Below the pieces are notes generated by a model. It was not told the DNA's origin and ran no database searches. It saw nothing but the letters and a program-made list of their open reading frames with translations. From NCBI GenBank assembly GCA_965243025.1, contig CBDETY010000003.1:5280001-5344000 (forward strand): a DNA stretch of 64,000 bases, written 5' to 3'. Source of the stretch: Candidatus Latescibacterota bacterium. GTDB taxonomy: Bacteria; Latescibacterota; UBA2968; UBA8231. The number at the start of each line of letters is the position of its first letter. Position 1 is the stretch's first letter. The position numbers were made by a program, and so were the translations under genes. Positions 27,805 to 36,843 of this stretch are shown here, piece after piece.

Positions 27805-28824
27805 CTACCAACCAGAAGAACTTCCGAAAGTGCGATTTGCATCGAATATGTATGAATACGCACTCACTCTGTTGGATTGGTCTGGCACAAGGCCCAGAAT
27901 GCCTCCAGCTGCGCTCAGAGCTAATCCAAACAGGTCCCCAGCCCCCAAGGCCCAAACGCCACCCGTGATTCCCAAGGACCAAGAGGTCAGGTTTTTTCCA
28001 AGCGCAAGTCGAGTAGATCGTTGGATGTCGTGAGCTCTATCCGCAATCTCCTGTCGACGTTCCAATAGCGCGGTTTCTCGTTCCTTGCGATCGTTGATCT
28101 CAGCTAGCTCGGCCATGAACCCCCGGAGATCTCTCATGTATGCCTTGTGGGTGTCTTGGTGCTCTGAACGGAATTGGAGTACATCGTCGAGGGGAATGGA
28201 CTCCAAGTCGAAAGTAACGGGTTCAAGATCCAATTCAATTACCTTGTCACGTGATGGCATTTTGTCCCTCGACAGAGTTCCGATCAAGTCGGAAGCTGCG
28301 CCACCATGGTTGGTCGTGGGGTGTATGGTCATGTCCCGCCTTGCCCCAGAAACGCGGGAAAGTTGCCCGAGAATTACAAGAATAGTGGTACGAACGGCCG
28401 GGTGGAGAGGAATGGAAACACCGTCTTCACTCGGACGCGCAAGACCCTTCGCCTTCAGTTCATCGACAAGGAAGCCCGCCAAGTCGACATCGGCGCCGTA
28501 GCCAATCCGAGACTGTGACAGTTCCGCGAAATAATCGGTTTGTGGTAGGTCATCGAATGCGCCCGTCGTGAGCAGCTCAACAACGATTTCGGCAAGCTTT
28601 TCAGTTGTTTCTTGATCAACCCAATTTTTCGGTTCGAGCACCCGTAAGAGGCCGCGATCCTCTAGCGGCTCAGCTAGGGTTGGATCTGCATTCGTATGGC
28701 GGCCGTACATGTAATCGGGCAACAGAATAGCTATGTCATCGAAAAACAATAGAAGCGACTTTACCCAACCACTGTCTCTCGATAGCCAAAATGGGGCAGG
28801 ATAATAGTAAGCTGTATCGGTCAT
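27805..28824 (-). CDS. Hypothetical protein (339 aa) with C-terminal Gly-rich hydrophobic hairpin
   Basis: YYYP...WVKSLLLFFDxIxxxxP N-terminus, predicted helical region, then LGITGGVWALGAGDLFGLALSAAGGILGLV; RBS AAGGAG. Confidence 0.75.
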   Translation of the reverse strand: MTDTAYYYPAPFWLSRDSGWVKSLLLFFDDIAILLPDYMYGRHTNADPTLAEPLEDRGLLRVLEPKNWVDQETTEKLAEIVVELLTTGAFDDLPQTDYFAELSQSRIGYGADVDLAGFLVDELKAKGLARPSEDGVSIPLHPAVRTTILVILGQLSRVSGARRDMTIHPTTNHGGAASDLIGTLSRDKMPSRDKVIELDLEPVTFDLESIPLDDVLQFRSEHQDTHKAYMRDLRGFMAELAEINDRKERETALLERRQEIADRAHDIQRSTRLALGKNLTSWSLGITGGVWALGAGDLFGLALSAAGGILGLVPDQSNRVSAYSYIFDANRTFGSSSGW

Positions 28825-28945
28825 CAGTCAGTCTCCTTCTAGGAAATCACTATTCGTAATCCAGATGCATTACTTCGAGATTCACATCGCTCTGGTCAAG
28901 GGGTGTCGACCTGTCAAACAACCCCAGAAAAATGACCCAAGGGCA

Positions 28946-31900
28946 TTACTCGTTATCGTCGTCTTCCCAGTAGGCTGGTTTGGTGCCTGTCTCTCGTTTG
29001 GGGCGCTTGGCGTTCAGTTCGAGAAGCCGCGCCAGCACCTCGTCCCGGATGTCGTCGGGCCAGCGGCAGCGGTAGGGCTTTTTTCGGTTGCCCCACTCTT
29101 CCTCGTCGATCTCGTAGTCGAGGAGGAACTGGCAGTCGGTGGGGATGTCATTCCAACCATAGGCATCGAGTACGACCCGGTCCATTGCGGCGTGGAGATC
29201 GCGGAGCTTGGCGATGTCGCGGTCGTCTTCGTCAGGGTCGTGGAAGCGGTTGTAGGTCTTGGTCAGGCCTTCGTCGTTACGGACCATGAGGTTGGCCCGG
29301 AAGTCGTAGTAGGTCTGGCCGGCGGCTTCAAGGCCAGATTGAGTAGCCCAACCCTCGGGGAAGGGGAAGGTCTCGAAGCAGTCGGAAGGTGAGTAGTTGA
29401 TGTCATCCTTCATTGTAGAACTGAAGAACCTGGCCCATATCTCATGGACGTTAGACTGGAGAACACAGAACGCAGAATATTCCTGAAATGGGAAAATGAC
29501 CAGTTTGTGGGAAGGGAGCATCCCTTTCCCAAGAAATGCGAAGTGGATCTTGTTGCTGATGATTCCGCACACGAGATAGCGGTTCAGTCCCGAAATAGCT
29601 GACCGAAGCTGGGGGCGCTCGTTAGCGTACTGCCACCAACGTTCCCTGTGTGAGCGGTCAATTGGCGACTTGCCGAGTTCGTCTCGTGCGGGTTTGACCC
29701 GCTCCTCTACGATCTCCAGCAGACTGGGCCAATCCGCTGCTACCGGATCTGGATAGTCGAGTGGTACGATTCCCTGCCTCAGCCATTCGCGACGCTGACC
29801 TTCGTCCGCGCCTATCCACCGAGCGTCTAGATCTTCCTTGCGCAGTGGATAATTTTGAAAGTTTATCGCATAGCGATGATGCATGTGAGTCGGGCTGGTG
29901 TTCACCTCTTCACCGCCAATATATGGAAAGATCACCTTCTGGTTCTGCGGGTTCTGTTCGACTAGGCGGTGCATCTCCGCCACGGATGAGGCGACATTCT
30001 TCCTGTCGGTGTCGTCGAAGGTAAAGCCCATGCCTCGGAGAAACACCCCCACGAAGCTCTTGCCGGTGTTCTCCCTGACCCGCTCCGGGTCATCGTTCCC
30101 GCCGCGGTGAAAGAGGAAGGCGGTGATAGTCTCAACCACGTCTCCATCGAGTCGCTTCGTTTCGATGTGCCGTCCCTTATGGACGTGGAGAATACTGACC
30201 ACCACGGCGGCCTGACCCGGCCACTTGACGCGCCGACGGGCACGGTAAATGTCCCCACCGTTCCCACAAATCCAACGCAGGCCGCTGGCGCGGGTATCGC
30301 CTTGGGCGATGGTGTTGGTAGCGATCAGGCCAAAGGCGCCGTTTGGGCGGATCAGATCGTAGACGCGTCGGAAGAAGTGTGCCACGAGGTCGGCATTACT
30401 GTTCGAGTGCAAGTGGACTGATGCAAGCCAATCGCGATATCCGGCACCAAGGACCGTGCTAATCCGCTTCCCTCCGAGGAACGGAGGATTCCCGACGATG
30501 CCGTCGAACCCCGGATTCTTCCGGTCAAACACCTCCGGGAACTCGATCTCCCAGTGAAAGGGGGCCAGCGGCGGGTCCGCACGGCGCTGCTCCTCAAGCC
30601 AGCCGCGGTGCTGATCTGCCCTTCGCTCGTAAACGGCAGTGGCGTACTCAACCCGTTTAGTCTCCCGCTCCTTCGCTTTGGTCCCCTCGAAGAAGGCGGC
30701 CGTCACCAGATCGCCGAAGAGGCTGATCTTGCCAAGCTCGAAGCGGGCTTCATCCCACCAATCATGCAGTTCCCGATCCGCGACCTCGTCGCCTGCCTCA
30801 CGGATCCGCCGTCGGAGTTGGGCTACCTTGGCGATCTGGCGGTGTACTTCCGTGGTCTCGAACCCCAGGTCGGCCTCTTCCGCACGGCGATCCCAGTGGA
30901 AGACTTCTATCTGCTTCCGGGACAGCCCGACCAGCGAGTCCCCGTGCCGCAGGGCGTGGTCGATGAATGTCAGCGGATGGTCCTTGGCCAGGGTCGCTAG
31001 CCATAGCGAAACCTTGGCGAGGTCGACCGCCATGGGGTTCCGGTCCACTCCGTACAGGCAGCGCTGTGCGATCAACCGGCGGGCGAAGATTCCCTCATCC
31101 TCGTCAGGCGGGATTCCCGGAATCTCGCCGTGGGCGCGCCAAGCCTCGACAAGAGCGTCGCCGAGCTGGCGGCAGGCCTCCACCAGGAAGGCCCCCGATC
31201 CCATGGCTGGGTCGCATACCTTCAGGTCCAGAATTTTTTCAGGCCGCGGCGGCTTCCCGTCCTCTCCCTGAAGCCGCGCCAGGATAGGCTCCAGGGTCGT
31301 CCGCACGATCGGCTCCGTCAGCTCGCGCGGCGTGTAGTGCGAGCCGGAGCGGCGCCTTTCTTCACTGGGTTGCAGCACCATCGCTCCCTGGGGCACTAAG
31401 TCGGGGGTGGCATCGACCTCGATCACCGGGCTGAGGGCCGCGTGCAGGTCCTCCAGCGTTCCGGCATCCTTCACCGCTTTCCTGATTTTGTCTCCGAGCT
31501 TTCGGTCGGCGTGGTCCCGGAGCCACTTGTCGCGCCGGGCACCCGGCTCCGCGGCGAGTGCTTCGAGGTCCACGGTTGTAGGAGCGCCCTGCTTCTTGGC
31601 CGCCTTGATCGCCACGGACCTCCCGCTGGCGGTTTCCAGGCGGAAACCCATCATGGTCTCGTAGACCGAGCCGATCTGCTCCACGTCGAGGGCCCGGTAG
31701 GAGAGCCGCTCGCCGTCGAGGACCAGCAGCTTCTCCAGGGCGCGGTAGATGGTGCCGTCCGATACGAGCGGCGGCTCGATGCGCTCGTGAATCTGGCGCG
31801 CCACCATGTCCGGCCGGCCTTCGAGGAACGGGAACCGGTCCGGGTCGAAGAGGACACCGTGCCGCCTGGGCAGGGTCATCTCCCCGGTTTCGGCGCCGTC

Positions 31901-32968
31901 GTGAATCAGGCGGAAAAGCACCAGCAACTGCGCCCAGGCACTGAAGCGCTGGTCCATGGTGTCGGGAAACAGGGCCGCGTCCTCACGCAGGCGCTCGTAC
32001 AGTCCCACGAGGGAGTAGTAGCGCTGGAAGGTCTCGTCCTTCGGCAGCATGTCCCGCTCTTCGGCGTAGAGCAGGAACACGAGCCGCAGGTTCACGGTCA
32101 GCAGGGCGTGGTAGACGCGGTCGGGATTGTCCGCGAGGGTCTGCCGCAGCAGCTCTCCCTTCGATGCGTCGTGGGCGGCCTGGAATCCCCGCAACATCTC
32201 ATACAGGGCGTGGAGCACCTGCTCGGCTAGCCGCTCGCTGACCTCGTTCTGGAACTTCCGGCTGTCCTCGAGCAAGGCGGCCAGCCGCTTGGAACTGGGC
32301 AACGATAACAGCCGGCTTTCCCTCAACAGCAGGCGCATGGCGGTGCAGATCGGCCTGCCGGAAGTCTGCACCATCTCCGCCACGCGGAAGTCCATCCAGC
32401 CGGAGCTTTCACCCCGGGGCGCCGAGATCAGCCGGATCGACAAGCCGTTGAACAGCAGACCAGCCTTTACCTCGGTGCGGCGGAGAAGTCGCTCCATCCT
32501 GCTGTGGGGAGAGGCCTCGAGCGCTCCTGAGCCCTTCACCTCTTTATCGAAGTCCTGCCCCGGTTCCAGGACCTGTACGAGGAGCTGCCAGTGAGACTCC
32601 CCTTCCCGGGGGCTCCGCTCGCGAACGGCGAAGTCGGGGGCGAGGGTTTCCCCATCTGCGGTGGTTACTACGAGCTCGTCAGGGATGGGACTTTCCGCGG
32701 TGCCGGCGTAACCCTTGGGCGAGAAGTTCCATTCGAGAACGGTCCTCGCGAAAGCCTCGAAGTCCGGCAACCACGGCACCGGATCGGCATCCTGCAGGAG
32801 CGTCCTCTCCTCGACGCAGTCACGCAGCCGTCGCTGCCCTTCGGCGTCCTGCCGGTCAAGTATGGCACCTGCCCGCACCAGGGCCGGCGCGGAGACGACA
32901 AGGCCGCTCGGCTGGACGAAGCCGATCCACTCGAGGTGCCTGAGTATCTGCGGGTCCAGCTTGGCCAT
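28946..32968 (-). CDS. drmMI: DISARM class 1 N6-adenine DNA methyltransferase DrmMI
   Basis: GSHYTP, CDPAMGSGAF, GNPPF and C-terminal TRD with FETFPF; ATG at 32968 directly after the drmD stop. Confidence 0.9.
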   Translation of the reverse strand: MAKLDPQILRHLEWIGFVQPSGLVVSAPALVRAGAILDRQDAEGQRRLRDCVEERTLLQDADPVPWLPDFEAFARTVLEWNFSPKGYAGTAESPIPDELVVTTADGETLAPDFAVRERSPREGESHWQLLVQVLEPGQDFDKEVKGSGALEASPHSRMERLLRRTEVKAGLLFNGLSIRLISAPRGESSGWMDFRVAEMVQTSGRPICTAMRLLLRESRLLSLPSSKRLAALLEDSRKFQNEVSERLAEQVLHALYEMLRGFQAAHDASKGELLRQTLADNPDRVYHALLTVNLRLVFLLYAEERDMLPKDETFQRYYSLVGLYERLREDAALFPDTMDQRFSAWAQLLVLFRLIHDGAETGEMTLPRRHGVLFDPDRFPFLEGRPDMVARQIHERIEPPLVSDGTIYRALEKLLVLDGERLSYRALDVEQIGSVYETMMGFRLETASGRSVAIKAAKKQGAPTTVDLEALAAEPGARRDKWLRDHADRKLGDKIRKAVKDAGTLEDLHAALSPVIEVDATPDLVPQGAMVLQPSEERRRSGSHYTPRELTEPIVRTTLEPILARLQGEDGKPPRPEKILDLKVCDPAMGSGAFLVEACRQLGDALVEAWRAHGEIPGIPPDEDEGIFARRLIAQRCLYGVDRNPMAVDLAKVSLWLATLAKDHPLTFIDHALRHGDSLVGLSRKQIEVFHWDRRAEEADLGFETTEVHRQIAKVAQLRRRIREAGDEVADRELHDWWDEARFELGKISLFGDLVTAAFFEGTKAKERETKRVEYATAVYERRADQHRGWLEEQRRADPPLAPFHWEIEFPEVFDRKNPGFDGIVGNPPFLGGKRISTVLGAGYRDWLASVHLHSNSNADLVAHFFRRVYDLIRPNGAFGLIATNTIAQGDTRASGLRWICGNGGDIYRARRRVKWPGQAAVVVSILHVHKGRHIETKRLDGDVVETITAFLFHRGGNDDPERVRENTGKSFVGVFLRGMGFTFDDTDRKNVASSVAEMHRLVEQNPQNQKVIFPYIGGEEVNTSPTHMHHRYAINFQNYPLRKEDLDARWIGADEGQRREWLRQGIVPLDYPDPVAADWPSLLEIVEERVKPARDELGKSPIDRSHRERWWQYANERPQLRSAISGLNRYLVCGIISNKIHFAFLGKGMLPSHKLVIFPFQEYSAFCVLQSNVHEIWARFFSSTMKDDINYSPSDCFETFPFPEGWATQSGLEAAGQTYYDFRANLMVRNDEGLTKTYNRFHDPDEDDRDIAKLRDLHAAMDRVVLDAYGWNDIPTDCQFLLDYEIDEEEWGNRKKPYRCRWPDDIRDEVLARLLELNAKRPKRETGTKPAYWEDDDNE

Positions 32969-32970
32969 GC

Positions 32971-35900
32971 TCAGTTGGTCTCCGGCCACAGGTAGGCCAG
33001 GCCGACGGGCTCAACCCGGGTTGCCCGCACCTCGTAGAACTCGCGTATGCGGGCGGGTTCGACTTCAAGGTCCTTGTCGAACTGTTCGAGACGCCGCCGC
33101 CACCCCCGCATGTTCGCTTCGACTTGGTCCCGCTCCTCCTTTTCGAAGCCCAGGGTCAACTGCTTGTAGTCGCCGCGGTCGTACCTCGCGAGTTCCTCTA
33201 CCACTCGTTGGCGCTGGCGCTCCAGCGTCGTCCGCAGATCCTGCTCCTCCCGGGTGCCGCGCTCGGCCAGACGCTTAACCGCGCTGGCGGCCAGCTCCTC
33301 CGCCCGCGGCTCCAACTGCGGCAGCAGTTCCTCGATATCCTGCGCTGCGGTCTCCAGAAGCCGTTCCCGGATCGTCTCGTGCGGCAGGCGCATCCCGTTT
33401 CCGGTCAGCGCTTCCTCAAGCAGGTCGAGCGTCCGCAGCTCGGTTTCCCGGGCATACGCCCGGAGGGGCCCTTTTCGCTTCGAAGCCTCGACCCATCTCG
33501 CGGCAACCGGAACCAGCTCTTCGTGCAGGCGCTCGGCTCCGCGTCCGTACAGCGAAAGCCGTCCGAGCAGGATAACGCGCGGTATCGAATCCCTGGCCTG
33601 CGCCAGGCATGCCCGCGACAGGTCGTTGTAGATAAAGCCCTGGGCCCGGAACCGGGCTAGCAGCCGTTGTGCCACGCGCTGCTCCAGGTGCAGGTGGACG
33701 CTGTCCTCGGTGACCGCGCCGGGGTCCTCGAACACGACCGGCCGAATCGGCGCCTCCCGGCGCCAGTCGGTTACCTTCTGATCCGGCTTCTTTGGCTGTC
33801 GCAGGGTATCGAGGGTGGACGACCAGCTGGCGTCCGTTTCCGCCCTCTGGTCGAGAGCCGGAAACTCCCAAACCCGTCGTCCCTCCTGGTCGCGAGTCTC
33901 CTCCAGCGGATCCGCCCCCAGCAGTTCGAGCGAGCAGGAAAGCGCATCCCGGAAGGCTCCTTCCTCGAAGCGGACCCATCCGCGCGAACCCTGGAGCAGT
34001 GACTGGCAGCGGGCGATCTGATCCTTCAGGTCCTCCTGGCGCTCGCGGGCGCCCTCCAGCTCCTCTTCTGCGACCCGCTTCCGCTCCTCGTCCAGATCGG
34101 CATTCTCGATCTCTTCAGCGAGCTGGGCGGCGGTCGCGTGGCGGATACCGCCGCGAAGCAGCCGTTCGACATCGTCGTCGATGACCTTCGACAGGCTGCC
34201 CAGCTCCCGCTTGATCCTCTCCGTTTTCCCGACCAGCACCCCGAGAACTCGGTCCTCCGCCCGCTGGGGCAGGACGAAGTAGTGGCAGCGCACCTCCCGG
34301 GCTGGCTGCAGCTTGCGGTCGATGCGGCCGTTCCTCTGCTCGATCCTTCCCGGGTTCCAGGGCAGGTCGAAGTGGAACAGGTCGGTGCAGTGGGCCTGGA
34401 AGTTCAGACCTTCCCGCGCCGCATCCGTCGCCAGCAGAATGCGCAACGGGTCCTTGGCGGGATGGGTGTTGAAGCGCTTCTGGATCTCCCGTCGATTCTT
34501 CGAGCTGACCAGCCCGTCAATCACCTCGATGCGCTCATCCGCAAGGTCCGTTCCTGCGATCGCTTCCTCCAGGATGTTCCGCAGGTAGCGCTTGGTGCCT
34601 TCCCGGTTCTCGGTGAAGATCAGCACCCGGCGGTCGTTCCAGGGGACCGGCTCACCCTGCGCCAGCTCGCCGAAGGCAGGCAGCCCGGGGCAGAGGTTTT
34701 CCCGTATCCAATCGATCAGCCGCCGCACCTTGGCGTCGGGCAGGTACCGCGACTCCTCGGCGATTTTCTCCATCCGGTCCAGAAGCTTCTGTTCCCGGCG
34801 CCACAGCTCTTCGGCCCTTTCGTCTCGCGCACCCCCTTCCTCGGCCGCGACCGTCATCGCCTCGACCTCGGCCTCTTCTTCGGCTTCCAGCTGATCCTCT
34901 TCCCACTCCCCCCGCTCGTCATCGGAGTCCGGCGCCGTCCGCAGCAGGCTGTCCTGCTCTTCGGATTCGGGAATCTCGGCTGCGGCTTCCTGCTCACGTT
35001 CCCACTGCTTCACCACGGTGCGGCGATGCACCTTGAGGGTGCGCGCGAAAGCCTCGATGGAGGAGAGCAGGCGTTGCTGCAGCCCGACGACGAGCAGCCC
35101 GGCCGCGGCCTTGGCCCTCCGCGAGGTCGTCGCGTGCCGCTCCTCCCGGGCGGTGCGGTACCGATCGAGCAGCTTCGACAGAAGGATCTCGGGGGCGTCG
35201 GGCGGCAGGTTGTCGATCTCCAGCCTCTCGACATTGCGGCTGGGGAATCCCCCCTGGATCTCCCGGATGTCCTCCTTGAGGCGGCGCACCATCACCTCCT
35301 CGAGCTCGCTCTTTCCGCGGATCTTCACCCCGCGCGTGAACCGGTACGGGTCGAGCAGTTCCAGCAGGGTGGAGAAGCTGTTCGAGTGGCCGTTGTGGGG
35401 TGTGGCGGAGAGGAACAGTCGATGTTCGAAGCGGCCGCACAGGTCCCGGACGGCGCGCGTGAACTTGGTCTCGATCCCGTAGCGGCCCCCGCTTGAAGGT
35501 GCCGCGTGGTGGGCTTCGTCGAGGATCAGCAGACTCCCCGGCAGCAATCCTCCCAGCCATTCCCGCATGGGATCGGCGTAGGTGGGATCGATGAGGAGGT
35601 TGTGCGAGATCAGGAAACGGCTGTGCGTCCGCCACGGGTTCACCCCGAACCCCCGCTCCCGGCGAACCCGCGCCAGGTAGCGCCGGTCCAGAATCTCGAA
35701 GACCAGTCCGAAGCGCTCCTCCAACTCCCCCCTCCACTGCTCGAGCACCGAGGGGGGAGCCGATACCACGATTGTCTTGGCCTTCCTTCGCAACAGCAGC
35801 TCCCGGGCGATCAGGCCTGCCTCGATCGTCTTCCCGAGCCCGGTGTCGTCGGCGATGAACAGGTTCACCCGGGGCAGGCGCAGGGCCTTGCGCAGGGGCT

Positions 35901-36267
35901 CCATCTGGTAGGCGTCGATCTTGATGCCGGCGCGGAATGGGGACTGGAACAGGTTAGGGTCGGTCGCCGTGACGCAGTTCCAGCGCAGGGTGTGGAGGAA
36001 GGCGGCGAAGTGCCGGGGTGAGTCGAACCCTTTCGACGCGAGATCCGCCCAGCCCTCTTCCTCGAGAATCAGGCGGTCGATCTCGTAATCCCAGTAGACT
36101 TCGAGCTCCTGGCCCTGGGCGTCGTCGTCGGCGCAGGCGAGGCGAACGCGAGGTGATGCCGCTCCGTTGGCTACCACCTCCTCGACCAACCAGCGGCGGG
36201 AACGGACCAGGACCAGCTGACCCGGTTCCGGAGGTGTTTCGGGCAGGTTCCTTGTAATAGATGTCAT
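32971..36267 (-). CDS. drmD: DISARM SNF2-like helicase DrmD
   Basis: ADDTGLGKT, DEAHH, SATPHNG, TDAAREGLN and EQRNGRIDR. Confidence 0.92.
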   Translation of the reverse strand: MTSITRNLPETPPEPGQLVLVRSRRWLVEEVVANGAASPRVRLACADDDAQGQELEVYWDYEIDRLILEEEGWADLASKGFDSPRHFAAFLHTLRWNCVTATDPNLFQSPFRAGIKIDAYQMEPLRKALRLPRVNLFIADDTGLGKTIEAGLIARELLLRRKAKTIVVSAPPSVLEQWRGELEERFGLVFEILDRRYLARVRRERGFGVNPWRTHSRFLISHNLLIDPTYADPMREWLGGLLPGSLLILDEAHHAAPSSGGRYGIETKFTRAVRDLCGRFEHRLFLSATPHNGHSNSFSTLLELLDPYRFTRGVKIRGKSELEEVMVRRLKEDIREIQGGFPSRNVERLEIDNLPPDAPEILLSKLLDRYRTAREERHATTSRRAKAAAGLLVVGLQQRLLSSIEAFARTLKVHRRTVVKQWEREQEAAAEIPESEEQDSLLRTAPDSDDERGEWEEDQLEAEEEAEVEAMTVAAEEGGARDERAEELWRREQKLLDRMEKIAEESRYLPDAKVRRLIDWIRENLCPGLPAFGELAQGEPVPWNDRRVLIFTENREGTKRYLRNILEEAIAGTDLADERIEVIDGLVSSKNRREIQKRFNTHPAKDPLRILLATDAAREGLNFQAHCTDLFHFDLPWNPGRIEQRNGRIDRKLQPAREVRCHYFVLPQRAEDRVLGVLVGKTERIKRELGSLSKVIDDDVERLLRGGIRHATAAQLAEEIENADLDEERKRVAEEELEGARERQEDLKDQIARCQSLLQGSRGWVRFEEGAFRDALSCSLELLGADPLEETRDQEGRRVWEFPALDQRAETDASWSSTLDTLRQPKKPDQKVTDWRREAPIRPVVFEDPGAVTEDSVHLHLEQRVAQRLLARFRAQGFIYNDLSRACLAQARDSIPRVILLGRLSLYGRGAERLHEELVPVAARWVEASKRKGPLRAYARETELRTLDLLEEALTGNGMRLPHETIRERLLETAAQDIEELLPQLEPRAEELAASAVKRLAERGTREEQDLRTTLERQRQRVVEELARYDRGDYKQLTLGFEKEERDQVEANMRGWRRRLEQFDKDLEVEPARIREFYEVRATRVEPVGLAYLWPETN

Positions 36268-36398
36268 ATGGCAGCTAAGACATCATATGCGGCGTGCAGG
36301 AGCAAGGAAAAGCCAACCCCACCTGCAATTTCAGATTGGAAAGATGGCCGGATGCAGAGGATGGATGGCTGATTCGAGTAGGGAAATGAGCCTGGGAG

Positions 36399-36638
36399 TT
36401 ACCGGTCTCGGGCGCCATGGAAGACGCTCAGGACATGGACCGCGTCGTGGTCGGAGGCGAATTCCCCCGCTTCGGCCTGGGCAAGAGACCTTCTCACCTC
36501 GGCGACCTGCTCGTCCGTCAGCCTGGAGAATGCCCCTCCTTCGCTCACGATCTGGAGCAACATGCGGCCGATGAAGTCCTGTCGGTCTTCCGGCAGTTCG
36601 GAAGCTTTCCTGAACGCCTCTTCCAGAAGCCTGGTCAT
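36399..36638 (-). pseudogene. Degenerate TA module: antitoxin fused to the last residues of a ParE/RelE-like toxin
   Basis: MTRLLEEAFRKASELPEDRQD...AEAGEFASD is addiction-module antitoxin-like and runs directly into AVHVLSVFHGARDR*, which resembles a ParE C-terminus. Confidence 0.55.
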
Positions 36639-36843
36639 CGTGGGGTTTCTCCATCCGCAAGGGGTTCGAACGGCAATGGGAACAGCGCCCGTCCATGAGA
36701 ATATAGGATGGCGATGGCACCGCTACGACCTGATGCCGGCGACAGGTCGAAGGGCATTAACTGAATCCGGGTTCCAGGTATTATCTTTATGTCCCTGAAT
36801 CAGTTACCGCTCCAATCCAGCGCCCCGGACCGAACCGCCGCCG

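Larger units (their letters stand above)
11981..36638 (-). other. Anti-phage defence island: class 1 DISARM with nested accessory systems
   Basis: All genes co-oriented; contains drmD/MI/A/B/C, OLD+UvrD, TIR and TA-like genes; visibly more AT-rich than the flanks, especially 20.0-28.9 kb. No integrase or att site seen. Confidence 0.88.

Noticed and set aside
11900-36840. Prophage or integrative element with att sites
   Set aside because: No integrase, transposase, tRNA or flanking direct repeat seen by eye, so the mobility mechanism is unsupported.
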